A stretch of DNA of 63,964 bases, counting the filler. It is 5 parts of 5 records of this genome, joined end to end, with 100 filler letters (N's around TTAATTAATTAA, not from the genome) between each part and the next. Parts side by side here need not be neighbours in the genome. Positions count along the whole stretch, not along the records: positions 1 to 5,549 come from DRR723986_4832; positions 5,650 to 35,245 come from DRR723986_4836; 3 more parts are not named here. The stretch is one strand, 5' to 3'. The notes below the pieces were generated by a model. That model saw nothing but the letters and a program-made list of their open reading frames with translations. It ran no database searches and was not told the origin of the DNA. Position numbers and translations under genes: made by a program. Positions 1 through 8,689 of this stretch are shown piece after piece (positions within the stretch are counted from its first letter, which is position 1; the number at the start of each line of letters is the position of its first letter).

Positions 1-492
1 CATCTCGTCATCCTCGATCATCAGCGCGCCCTTGTAGGCCATGAAATGCTTGAAGGAGTTCACGCCCATATCGACGGCGTCCTTCATCTCGTTGAAAATG
101 CTTTCATTCCAACCGGTGATCGCCATGTGATAGCCGATATCGGCACAGATCTGCGGCGCCGATTTGCGGTGCCATTCGTTGATGGCGTTTTTGATCGAGC
201 CGTCCTCGCCCGGCAGGCAGAAGTCGATCAGCATCGTGGTGCCGCCCGCAGCTGCCGCCCAGGTGCCGGATTCAAACGTTTCCGCCGCCGTGGTGCCCAT
301 GAAGGGCATTTCCAGATGGGTATGGGGGTCGATGCCGCCGGGGATAACATAGGCCCCGTCCGCGTCGATATATTCGTCGCCCTTCAGATCCTCGCCGATC
401 TGCTTGATCTTCTCGTCCTCGATCAGAACATCGGCCTTCCAGGTGCGGTCCGCGGTGCAGACCGTGCCGCCCTTGATGACTTTCGTGGTCAT
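1..492 (-). CDS. hydA: Dihydropyrimidinase (D-hydantoinase), N-terminal part; runs off the window start
   Basis: Not in the ORF track. Manual translation from ATG at 492 gives MTTKVIKGGTVCTADRTWKADVLIED...PGGIDPHTHLEMPFMG...GGTTMLIDF...SFKHFMAYKG, with the amidohydrolase DxHxH motif and the carbamylated-Lys motif. GGGAG RBS upstream; pyrimidine catabolic context. Confidence 0.95.
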   Translation of the reverse strand, partial: MTTKVIKGGTVCTADRTWKADVLIEDEKIKQIGEDLKGDEYIDADGAYVIPGGIDPHTHLEMPFMGTTAAETFESGTWAAAAGGTTMLIDFCLPGEDGSIKNAINEWHRKSAPQICADIGYHMAITGWNESIFNEMKDAVDMGVNSFKHFMAYKGALMIEDDEM

Positions 493-518
493 GTTGTTGT
501 CTCCCTGTTTGCGTCAGA

Positions 519-770
519 TCACGTACAGATCGGGACGCTTTCGATGTCACGCACGGGCACCCAGACCGTTTCCAGCGGCCCGTGGCGCAGATACCAGTAA
601 CAGCCGTCCACGGTGCCTTGCTGGATTTCCTGCACCGGGGTTCCGCGCGGCACGCGGTCCCAGACCGCTTGTGGCACCTGGTCTCGGCTGGTGGGGGTGA
701 TCCCGGTATTCACGCAACCGCCAAGGGCCGTCAAAGCCACAAACCCGGCTACGATCAGTCTATAATTCAT
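519..770 (-). CDS. Small lipoprotein of unknown function (83 aa)
   Basis: Signal peptide with lipobox LGGC. Start overlaps the upstream stop (ATGA at 767-770) and the ORF fills the gap to hydA. Confidence 0.75.
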   Translation of the reverse strand: MNYRLIVAGFVALTALGGCVNTGITPTSRDQVPQAVWDRVPRGTPVQEIQQGTVDGCYWYLRHGPLETVWVPVRDIESVPICT

Positions 771-2017
771 TCAACAATCTCCGCGGTTTCCACGACGGCG
801 TGGAACAAGACATTGGCGCCGGCCTCGGCCCATTCGGGGCTGATTTCCTCGGCCTCGTTGTGGCTGAGACCATCGACGCAGGGGCACATGATCATCGCCG
901 TGGGGGCCACGTCGTTGATCCAGCATGCATCGTGGCCCGCGCCCGAGACAATGTCCATATGGCTGTAGCCAAGCCGCTTCGCCGCGTCGCGAACCGCTGC
1001 CACACAGCCCTCGTCAAAGGCGGGCGGGTCGAACTGGCCGACGATTTCACATTCGAAGCCGACGCCGATATCCTCGCAAAGCTTCGGTGCGCGCTCCATC
1101 AGCTCGGCCACCATGGCATTGAGCTTGTCCAGCAGATGCGTGCGCATGTCGACGGTGAACACGACCTTGCCGGGGATGATGTTGCGGCTGTTGGGGTAGA
1201 CATCGATATGGCCGATCGCGCCCACGGCATTGGGCTGGTTCTTCATCGCAATTTCATGCACCAGCTCGGTGATCAACGCCAATCCGCGTCCGGCATTCTT
1301 GCGCATCGACATCGGCGTCGATCCGGTGTGGCTTTCCTTGCCCGTCACGGTGCATTCGATCCAGCGCAGCCCCTGCCCGTGGGTGACAACGCCGATATCC
1401 TTGCCCTCTGCTTCGAGGATCGGGCCCTGCTCGATATGCAACTCGAACATGGCGTGCATTTTGCGATCGCCGACCTTCTCGTCGCCCCGCCAGCCGATTC
1501 GCTCCAGTTCGTCTCCGAAACGTTTGCCCTCGGCATCTACGCGGTCATAGGCCCAATCCTGCGTGTGCTTGCCCGCGAAAACACCCGAGGCGAGCATCGC
1601 CGGGGCGTAGCGCGTGCCCTCTTCGTTGGTCCAGTTGACCAACACGATGGGGTGTTTGGTCTTGATCCCCAGATCGTTCATGGTGCGGAACGCCTCCAGC
1701 CCGCCAAGCACGCCGAGCACACCGTCATATTTTCCGCCCGTCGGTTGCGTATCCAGATGGCTGCCCATGTAGACCGGCAGCGCGTCGGGGTCTGTACCCT
1801 CGCGCCGGGCGAACATGTTGCCCATTTCATCGAGCCCCATGGAACATCCCGCCGCCTCGCACCAGGTCTGGAACAGGGCGCGGCCCTTGGCATCGTCATC
1901 TGTCAGGGTCTGGCGATTGTTGCCGCCCGCGATTCCGGGGCCAATCTTGGCCATCTCCATCAGGCTGTCCCATAGACGTGCGCCATTGATCTTGAGGTTT
2001 TCGCCGGGGGCGGACAT
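767..2017 (-). CDS. Zn-dependent M20 amidohydrolase, beta-ureidopropionase / N-carbamoyl-beta-alanine amidohydrolase
   Basis: Motifs GSHLDTQPTGGKYDG, NEEG, ELHIEQG, SGAGHDA, SHNEAE. Start set at ATG 2017 (MSAPGENL) behind an AGGGAG RBS. Lies between hydA and the RutR-type regulator. Confidence 0.93.
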   Translation of the reverse strand: MSAPGENLKINGARLWDSLMEMAKIGPGIAGGNNRQTLTDDDAKGRALFQTWCEAAGCSMGLDEMGNMFARREGTDPDALPVYMGSHLDTQPTGGKYDGVLGVLGGLEAFRTMNDLGIKTKHPIVLVNWTNEEGTRYAPAMLASGVFAGKHTQDWAYDRVDAEGKRFGDELERIGWRGDEKVGDRKMHAMFELHIEQGPILEAEGKDIGVVTHGQGLRWIECTVTGKESHTGSTPMSMRKNAGRGLALITELVHEIAMKNQPNAVGAIGHIDVYPNSRNIIPGKVVFTVDMRTHLLDKLNAMVAELMERAPKLCEDIGVGFECEIVGQFDPPAFDEGCVAAVRDAAKRLGYSHMDIVSGAGHDACWINDVAPTAMIMCPCVDGLSHNEAEEISPEWAEAGANVLFHAVVETAEIVE

Positions 2018-2072
2018 GGTGGCTCTCCCTATCGGGGGCCGGATGCGATGCCCGGCCCTTGTCATTCCTGTT

Positions 2073-2088
2073 TTGACCAACTGGTCAA
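2073..2088. promoter_or_regulatory. RutR-type operator TTGACCAACTGGTCAA
   Basis: Exact match to the RutR box consensus TTGACCAnnTGGTCAA, in the divergent region between the amidohydrolase and the TetR gene. Confidence 0.85.
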
Positions 2089-2251
2089 GAACACGCTATC
2101 AAAGGCAGATAGACAGTCAAGAAATTGAACGCCTCGATTCATGCATTCGCAAGCCAAATGGGCACAAACCGCCCGGAATGCAGGCATGGACGGCACGCGG
2201 GGAACCGGTTATCGCCCGGACCTGCCCGCAACTGGAAGGGATTGAAGCGCC

Positions 2252-2872
2252 ATGACCCTGAATGTTCAACCGCCCAAGACGCGAATTCAGCGCAAAAACA
2301 CCCAGACGATTCTGGATGCGGCGCTTGAGGTGTTCTCCCGGCAAGGGTTCCGAGGTGCGACGCTGGATCAGATCGCCGCCGAAGCGGGGCTGTCGAAACC
2401 CAACCTGCTGTATTACTTCCCCTCGAAAGAGGCGATTCACGTCAGCCTGCTGACCGAGCTGATGACAACCTGGCTCGATCCGCTTCGCGATCTGGATGCG
2501 GATGGCGAACCGGTCGAGGAACTGCTGGCCTATATGCGCCGCAAGCTGGAAATGAGCCGCGATTTTCCACGGGAAAGCAGGCTTTTCGCCAACGAGATCC
2601 TGCAAGGAGCGCCGCGGATGATCGGCGCGCTGGAGGGTGAGTTGAAGGATCTGGTTAACGAGAAATCCACGATCATTCAGGCGTGGATGGATGCGGGCCG
2701 CCTGGCCCCGGTCGATCCGCATCACCTGCTGTTTTCGATTTGGGCGCTGACCCAGCATTACGCCGATTTCGACGTTCAGGTGCGTGCGGTTCTGGGACCG
2801 GGGCACGATCCGCTGGCCGAGGCGGGCGGGTTTCTGGACACGCTTTTCACCAAGCTTCTGACGCCGGATTAG
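2252..2872 (+). CDS. rutR: TetR-family pyrimidine utilisation regulator (RutR/PydR-like)
   Basis: TetR HTH (GFRGATLDQIAAEAGLSKPNLLYYFPSKE) and RutR C-terminal signature (ESRLFANEILQGAP, IWALTQHYADF); matching box upstream. Confidence 0.88.
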   Translation: MTLNVQPPKTRIQRKNTQTILDAALEVFSRQGFRGATLDQIAAEAGLSKPNLLYYFPSKEAIHVSLLTELMTTWLDPLRDLDADGEPVEELLAYMRRKLEMSRDFPRESRLFANEILQGAPRMIGALEGELKDLVNEKSTIIQAWMDAGRLAPVDPHHLLFSIWALTQHYADFDVQVRAVLGPGHDPLAEAGGFLDTLFTKLLTPD

Positions 2873-2901
2873 GTCCGTTTCGGGCCTTTAGGTCAATCTT
2901 G

Positions 2902-2929
2902 TTGACTTATTTTTCGCACCCCGTAGGAT
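2902..2929 (+). promoter_or_regulatory. Putative sigma70 promoter (TTGACT-N16-TAGGAT) for the aminotransferase
   Basis: Near-consensus -35 and -10 about 25 nt upstream of ATG 2954. The -35 overlaps an inverted repeat GTCAA-N5-TTGAC (2892-2906). Confidence 0.4.
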
Positions 2930-2953
2930 TTTCTGTCGAGGAGGATCCTGCCC

Positions 2954-4162
2954 ATGAGTCTCGCGCAAAAATTCGCCACCCGAACGGCCCGCATGAAAGC
3001 ATCCGAAATCCGGGAGCTTCTGAAGCTTCTGGACCGGCCCGGTATCCTGTCCTTTGCTGGCGGCATTCCCGATGCGCGGCTGTTTCCCGCCGCTGCATTC
3101 GCTTCCGCCTATGCCGACACGATGACCGGCCCGCAGGCGGGTGTGGCGCTGCAATATTCGGTGTCCGAAGGATATCTGCCGCTGCGCCAGTGGATTGCAG
3201 GGCAGATGGCAAGCATCAGCATTGCCTGCGGGCCGAACAATGTGCTGATCACCAGCGGGTCGCAACAGGCGCTGGATTATCTGGGCAAGCTGTTCCTGTC
3301 TCCTGGTGACACCGCGCTTGTGGGCTGGCCGACCTATATGGGGGCGCTTGGGGCGTTCAACGCATATGAACCGCGCTATGATCGGCTGAGTATTCGCGGC
3401 AATCGCGCCGCGCAGGATTACCGGGACACCGCCGGAGCGGCGGGGGGTGCGGTGAAGTTTGCCTATCTGTCCCCCGACTTTGCCAACCCGACCGGTGAAA
3501 CCGTGGATCTGGCGGGTCGAGAGACCTTGCTGGATCTGGCCGAAGCGCTGGACTGCGCCATCATTGAGGATGGGGCTTATCAGTCGCTGCGCTACGGCGG
3601 GGAGCCGGTGCCGCCGATCCTGGCGCTGGAACTGGCCCGCAAAGGTGATCTGGACGCCTGCCGCACTGTCTATTGTGGCAGTTTTTCCAAGACCTTGTCC
3701 CCCGGACTTCGCGTGGGTTGGGTGGTGGCGGCAAGCCCTGTCATCGGGCAGCTTGTGCTTATGAAACAGGCCGCTGATCTGCATAGCGCGACGATCAACC
3801 AGATGGCGATTCACAAGGTGGCCGAGGCTTGTTTCGACACCCATGTAGACACGATCCGCGCGGCCTATGGCGCCCGGCGCGACGCGATGCTGGACGCGCT
3901 GGCGAGGCATATGCCGGAAGGCGTTCAGTGGACCCGGCCCGAGGGCGGCATGTTCATCTGGCTGACCCTGCAGCGCGGTATGGATGCGGCCAACCTGCTG
4001 GCCCGCGCGATCGAGGAACATAACCTCGCCTTCGTGCCGGGCCGGGCGTTTCATGCCGACGGGTCGGGGGAAAACACACTGCGGCTGGCATTTTCCTGCG
4101 CGGATGGTGAGATGATCGAAGAGGGGATGAAGCGCCTCGGTTCCCTGATACGCACCGGGTGA
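2954..4162 (+). CDS. PLP-dependent aminotransferase, class I/II (2-aminoadipate transaminase / MocR-type catalytic domain, no HTH)
   Basis: SEIRELLK, SFAGGIP, ITSGSQQALD, FANPTG, GSFSKTLSPGLRVGW (PLP lysine), PEGGMFIW. Confidence 0.9.
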   Translation: MSLAQKFATRTARMKASEIRELLKLLDRPGILSFAGGIPDARLFPAAAFASAYADTMTGPQAGVALQYSVSEGYLPLRQWIAGQMASISIACGPNNVLITSGSQQALDYLGKLFLSPGDTALVGWPTYMGALGAFNAYEPRYDRLSIRGNRAAQDYRDTAGAAGGAVKFAYLSPDFANPTGETVDLAGRETLLDLAEALDCAIIEDGAYQSLRYGGEPVPPILALELARKGDLDACRTVYCGSFSKTLSPGLRVGWVVAASPVIGQLVLMKQAADLHSATINQMAIHKVAEACFDTHVDTIRAAYGARRDAMLDALARHMPEGVQWTRPEGGMFIWLTLQRGMDAANLLARAIEEHNLAFVPGRAFHADGSGENTLRLAFSCADGEMIEEGMKRLGSLIRTG

Positions 4163-4175
4163 GGAAACGCGCGGG

Positions 4176-4270
4176 CAAGCCGCTTCGAAGCGGCTTGGGA
4201 AAAGCGCATTCGAATGCGCTTGGAACGCGGTTTCGAAACCGCGTGAGGAAGGCGTTTCGAAACGCCTTCC
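4176..4270. repeat. Array of four tandem perfect palindromes, each centred on TTCGAA
   Basis: CAAGCCGCTTCGAAGCGGCTTG (4176-4197), AAGCGCATTCGAATGCGCTT (4202-4221), ACGCGGTTTCGAAACCGCGT (4225-4244), GGAAGGCGTTTCGAAACGCCTTCC (4247-4270), between two convergent genes. Confidence 0.9.
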
Positions 4271-4285
4271 CCGTTCGCAAGATCC

Positions 4286-5549
4286 TTACTCGGCGGCGCA
4301 GGATCCGGGGTTGTTCGGATGGGTCGTCCAGTTGGCGTAGTCTTCCTCGACCACCTTGCCGGTGCGTTCGTCCATTACGCCGGGGGCAAGCTGTTCCATG
4401 GTGATGCAACCCTCGACCGGGCAGACATTCACACACAGGTTGCAGGCCACGCATTCGCTGTCATCGACGTCGAACACCCGATCCTCGGACATGGTGATCG
4501 CCTGATGGCTGGTATCCTCGCAGGCGGCATAGCAGCGACCGCATTTGATGCAGGCGTCCTGGTCGATACGGGCCTTTGTGATGTAGTTCAGGTTCAGGTG
4601 CTGCCAGTCGGAACAATTGGGCACCGCACGACCGATGATCTCGGAGGTCGAGGTGAATCCCTTCTCGTCCATATATTGGCTGAGACCCGAGATCATTTCC
4701 TGCACAATCTTGAACCCGTAGGTCATCGCCGCCGTGCAGACCTGCACATTGCCCGCGCCAAGCGCCATGAATTCCGCCGCATCGCGCCATGTTGTTACGC
4801 CGCCAATGCCGGAAATCGGCAGCCCTTGCAGCGACGGGGATCGGGCGATCTCGGCCACCATGTTCAGCGCGATCGGTTTCACTGCCGGGCCGCAATAGCC
4901 GCCATGGGCACCCTTGCCGTCAATGGTGGGTTCCGGCGCGAACAGGTCCAGATCGACCGAGGTGATGGAGTTGATCGTGTTGATCAGCGACACCGCATCG
5001 GCGCCGCCATCCTTGGCCGCCTGCGCGGGTTTGCGGATGTCGGCGATGTTCGGCGTCAGCTTGACGATGACCGGCAGGTTGGAATGCTTCTTGCACCATT
5101 CGGTGACCTGCTGAACATATTCCGGCACCTGCCCCACGGCGCTGCCCATGCCGCGTTCGCTCATCCCGTGGGGACAGCCAAAGTTCAGTTCGACCCCGTC
5201 ACAGCCGGTTTCGATCACCCGGTCGAGGATCGCCTTCCAGCTGTCCTCGTTCACCGGCACCATCAGCGAAGCGATCAGCGCGCGGTCGGGATAGTCCTTT
5301 TTCACGCGGGTCATCTCGTCGAGATTGGTTTGCAGGGGCCGGTCGGTGATCAGCTCGATATTGTTGAGCCCAAGCAGACGCCGGTCCGCCCCCCAGATCG
5401 CACCGTAGCGGGGCCCGTTGACATTGACGACCGGCGGGCCTTCTTCGCCCAGGGTTTTCCAGACCACACCGCCCCACCCAGCCTCGAAGGCCCGGCGGAC
5501 GTTGTATTCCTTGTCCGTGGGCGGGGCCGAGGCCAGCCAGAACGGGTTG
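4286..5549 (-). CDS. preA: NAD-dependent dihydropyrimidine dehydrogenase subunit PreA, 5'-truncated by the contig end
   Basis: Frame is open to the gap (NPFWLASAPPTDKEYNVRRAFEAGWGGVVWKT). ELNFGCPHGM, VKLTPN, GGYCGPAVKP and two C-terminal CxxCxxCxxxC 4Fe-4S motifs. Confidence 0.95.
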
Positions 5550-5649
5550 NNNNNNNNNNNNNNNNNNNNNNNNNNNNNNNNNNNNNNNNNNNNTTAATTA
5601 ATTAANNNNNNNNNNNNNNNNNNNNNNNNNNNNNNNNNNNNNNNNNNNN
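5550..5649. other. Artificial contig-joining spacer N44-TTAATTAATTAA-N44
   Basis: Six-frame stop linker flanked by N runs; genes on both sides are truncated. Confidence 0.98.
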
Positions 5650-6138
5650 CTTGTCGAAGGGCGCGTCCTCGCGCACCTTGGCCAGCGCGATCTCCGGCAG
5701 CACGGTGTAGTTGGAGAAGGTTGAACAGCCCATGTAGTGCAGGATCGGCTTGCCGTCGAGGGAGAACCGGCTGCTGCCATCAGGCATCACGCCCTGGCCC
5801 TGGGTCTCGCGAATCGACTGGCAGAGGTTGGTCTTGGGGTGCAGGCAGAAGTCACAGGTACGGCATTCAGGTGTATACAGGGGAATGACATGATCGCCGG
5901 CTTTCAGGCCCTTCACGCCCTCGCCCACATCAACCACGACGCCGGCACCCTCGTGGCCGAGAATTGCCGGGAAAGCTCCCTCCGGGTCATCACCGGACAG
6001 GGTGAATGCGTCGGTATGGCAAACCCCGGTCGCCTTGATCTCTACCAGCACCTCGCCGGCGCGCGGGCCCTCGAGGTCGACCTCAACGATTTCCAGCGGC
6101 TTGCCCGCCTCGAAAGCGACTGCTGCGCGTGACTTCAT
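5650..6138 (-). CDS. frmA: S-(hydroxymethyl)glutathione dehydrogenase / class III alcohol dehydrogenase, 3'-truncated
   Basis: [52 protein letters not shown]...[15 protein letters not shown]. Confidence 0.95.
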
Positions 6139-6262
6139 CTGGTTTTCTCCTGCTGTCTGGGTATCGGTGAGCCCCGCCTCACCCCGACCATGCTGGCCGG
6201 GTTGACGCCGGGATTCGATTTACAAGTATAGAACGAATTGCCCCGGTTCCCGGAACTGCTGC

Positions 6263-7120
6263 TCAACGCCGGAAGATAACGGTTCTCGACCCATTGAGCA
6301 GCACCCGGTACTGGGCATGCCAGGTGACCGCGCGGTTAAGTACAACGGTTTCGATATCCCGGCCAATCTCCACCAGTTCCTCGGGGGTATTGGCGTGGGA
6401 CACCCGCTCCACGGCCTGTTCGATGATCGGTCCCTCATCGAGATCGGCCGTCACGTAATGCGCCGTCGCACCAATCAGCTTCACTCCGCGCTCGAAGGCC
6501 TGGTGATAGGGCTTGGCTCCCTTGAAGCCTGGCAGGAAAGAGTGGTGGATGTTGATAGCCCGGCCTTCCAGTGCCCGGCAAAGATCATCGGAGAGAATCT
6601 GCATGTAGCGAGCCAGCACCAGCAGGTCGGCATTGGTCTCGCGCATCACGCTGAGAATCTGTTGCTCCTGTTCCCCGCGAGTTTCCGGCGTGACCGGCAG
6701 GTAATGATAGGGGACGCCGTACCACTCGCTCATCTCCCGCATATCCTCGTGATTCGATACCACGGCGACGATGTCCACCGGCAGGTTGCCGGCGCGCCAC
6801 TTGTGCAACAGCCCGTTGAAACAGTGGCCCCACTTGGAGACCGCAAGTACCACCCGCATGGGTCGGTCAAGCGGCTCCAGGCGCCAGGTCATCTGGTAGC
6901 CGTCGGCGATCGCGGCGAAGGCGTCGCGTACTGCATCCAGGCCGTCGGCACCGCTCTCGGGACAGGCGAACGCGGTGCGCATAAAGAACTGGCCCGTCTC
7001 GCTGTCCTCAAACTGGGAGGATTCCTCGATGTTATAACCGAGGTCGGCAAAAAATCCGGCGACTCGGGCGACGATGCCCGGGCGATCGGGACAGCTGAAG
7101 GTAAGAACGGTTCGGTTCAT
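6263..7120 (-). CDS. purU: Formyltetrahydrofolate deformylase
   Basis: N-terminal ACT domain (CPDRPGIVA), LARYMQILS, INIHHSFLPGFKGAKPYHQA, GVKLIGATAHYVTADLDEGPIIEQ. Confidence 0.96.
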   Translation of the reverse strand: MNRTVLTFSCPDRPGIVARVAGFFADLGYNIEESSQFEDSETGQFFMRTAFACPESGADGLDAVRDAFAAIADGYQMTWRLEPLDRPMRVVLAVSKWGHCFNGLLHKWRAGNLPVDIVAVVSNHEDMREMSEWYGVPYHYLPVTPETRGEQEQQILSVMRETNADLLVLARYMQILSDDLCRALEGRAINIHHSFLPGFKGAKPYHQAFERGVKLIGATAHYVTADLDEGPIIEQAVERVSHANTPEELVEIGRDIETVVLNRAVTWHAQYRVLLNGSRTVIFRR

Positions 7121-7202
7121 GGGTTGGCGCTATTTCCGCGTCAGGCGCGGCCACAATTTCAGTGACCTCATTATCCTGTCAAGTGCGGCGCAGCGCCAGT
7201 GC

Positions 7203-8600
7203 CTACTCCTGCATGCCGTGATACAGCAAACGTACCAACAGGCGCACCCCGTCATTGTCCTTGAGTTCGGCGTAACGCGGCCCTTCCCGCTTGCCGATAT
7301 CACGGATATCGGCCATCAGCTCAGGATGAAACTGGCAGGTGAAGGAACGCCGGATCGTGTGGGTTTCCCAATCCTTGTAATAGATGCAGCTGGTGGAGAC
7401 CTCGGTCCAGTGGGCGTCATCCACCTGGGTCTGGGACAGGATTTCCACCGCGTAGGGCATGTTGAGAAGCCAGGAAAGCGGCGACACGGCAAGCTCGTAG
7501 CGGATCGGGACAATCGTGTCGTGCAACAGCTTGTAGGCCCAGTTGGCAAACAGGGCCGCCTCCTCGTTGACCTCGTCGCCGTGAAACATCTCGATCTTCA
7601 GTTCACGCTCCATCTTCAGCATGGTGTCGATCACACCATCCAGCTCATCCGCCACCAGTGCGTGAGCATCGTGCAGTTCGCCGGGAATGTGATTACTCCC
7701 GGGCGAACGCCGGTACGGTAACAGGCGGCGCGTGCCCACCTCGAATTCTTCATTGGGCGCCACGGCGAACAGCGGGTCGTTCCAGCCGCCGGCAATCGCC
7801 TCGCCTTTCTTCAGTACCGGCAGGCTTTCACCGACCTCACGAATACGGCGGCAAGCCCGCTGCAGAGAATCGATCGCGGTGCGCTCCGGATCCATTGGCA
7901 ACTGCGCCAGGCCCGTTACTTCCTGCACCGCCCGCTTGATCAAGCGCACGTGGGCGGCCGCGGCCAGCTGGTGACCAAGACAGATAAAGATCGACGGGCC
8001 ACTGCTGGAAGAGCGATGCAGCAGCAGCTCATCCACCAGGTCGAGGATGTCATCGAGGCTGGCGGCGGCCCCGGCGAAACTCGCAGGATCGTGGACTGAT
8101 GGATTACCGCCCTGCACCACGGTGGCGATGCCGGCGCTCATAACACTGGCAAGTCGCCGGGGATTGCTCACCCCGCTCTGCCAGACCGGATACAGGATAG
8201 TATCTGCGTCCGCCACCTGCTGCAGGATGTAGGCGACATTCTTCGAGGCCCTGACCTCCTCCCCCTGCACATTAATGCCCACGTTTTTCCACGGTTCAAT
8301 GACCGAAACGCTGTGGCGGTAGATTTCCGGCAGACCCAGCAGGGCATCCAGTTCGAGGCGCGAACCAATCACCTTCTCCAGCGGCGGCGCGACGCCCCAG
8401 TCGAACAACCGGTTATCCACCAGCATGTCGCGCCCAGGGAAAGGTGACGGCGAACTGCGATCTTTGAGGAAATACCCCAACAGGGCATGAATCGACTGGT
8501 TGCTGGCAGCGTGCTGACCGAGAATGCCCGGCCGGGGGCGCCAACCCAATTGCTGCAGCAGGGCTGCCTGGTCCACGGTGTTCTGATAGCTGGCGTTCAC
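7203..8600 (-). CDS. Uncharacterised large class I glutamine amidotransferase-like protein (about 465 aa)
   Basis: GATase1 motifs in order: QGGNPSV, PSIFICLGHQL (nucleophile Cys), MFHGDEV, CQFHPE (His/Glu). Start set at GTG 8600 behind a GGAG RBS; the ORF-track start at 9053 overlaps mutS. Confidence 0.8.
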   Translation of the reverse strand: MNASYQNTVDQAALLQQLGWRPRPGILGQHAASNQSIHALLGYFLKDRSSPSPFPGRDMLVDNRLFDWGVAPPLEKVIGSRLELDALLGLPEIYRHSVSVIEPWKNVGINVQGEEVRASKNVAYILQQVADADTILYPVWQSGVSNPRRLASVMSAGIATVVQGGNPSVHDPASFAGAAASLDDILDLVDELLLHRSSSSGPSIFICLGHQLAAAAHVRLIKRAVQEVTGLAQLPMDPERTAIDSLQRACRRIREVGESLPVLKKGEAIAGGWNDPLFAVAPNEEFEVGTRRLLPYRRSPGSNHIPGELHDAHALVADELDGVIDTMLKMERELKIEMFHGDEVNEEAALFANWAYKLLHDTIVPIRYELAVSPLSWLLNMPYAVEILSQTQVDDAHWTEVSTSCIYYKDWETHTIRRSFTCQFHPELMADIRDIGKREGPRYAELKDNDGVRLLVRLLYHGMQE

Positions 8601-8633
8601 GCCAATCTCCTGCATAGGAAGCTGAATTGGCAA

Positions 8634-8649
8634 AGCAACAATCGCGCCA
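8634..8649 (-). promoter_or_regulatory. Sigma54 (-24/-12) promoter TGGCGC-GATTG-TTGCT
   Basis: Matches TGGCRC-N5-TTGCW with correct GG-N10-GC spacing; 34 nt upstream of the GTG start at 8600 and correctly oriented. Confidence 0.7.
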
Positions 8650-8689
8650 TAGCCACAAACCGCCCTCCTGTGCAGCAGCGACCGACTTT

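Noticed and set aside
46-600. Plus-strand 184-aa ORF
   Set aside because: Antisense shadow of hydA, which the ORF track missed because it runs off the window.
4176-4270. CRISPR interpretation of the palindrome array
   Set aside because: Units are not identical direct repeats, there are no unique spacers and no cas genes.
800-5605. Long antisense ORFs (800-1975, 2888-4054, 4319-5605)
   Set aside because: Mirror frames of well-supported high-GC genes; no motifs of their own.
5594-5605. TTAATTAATTAA recurring four times as a biological repeat
   Set aside because: Always embedded in N44 runs; it is a synthetic six-frame stop linker.
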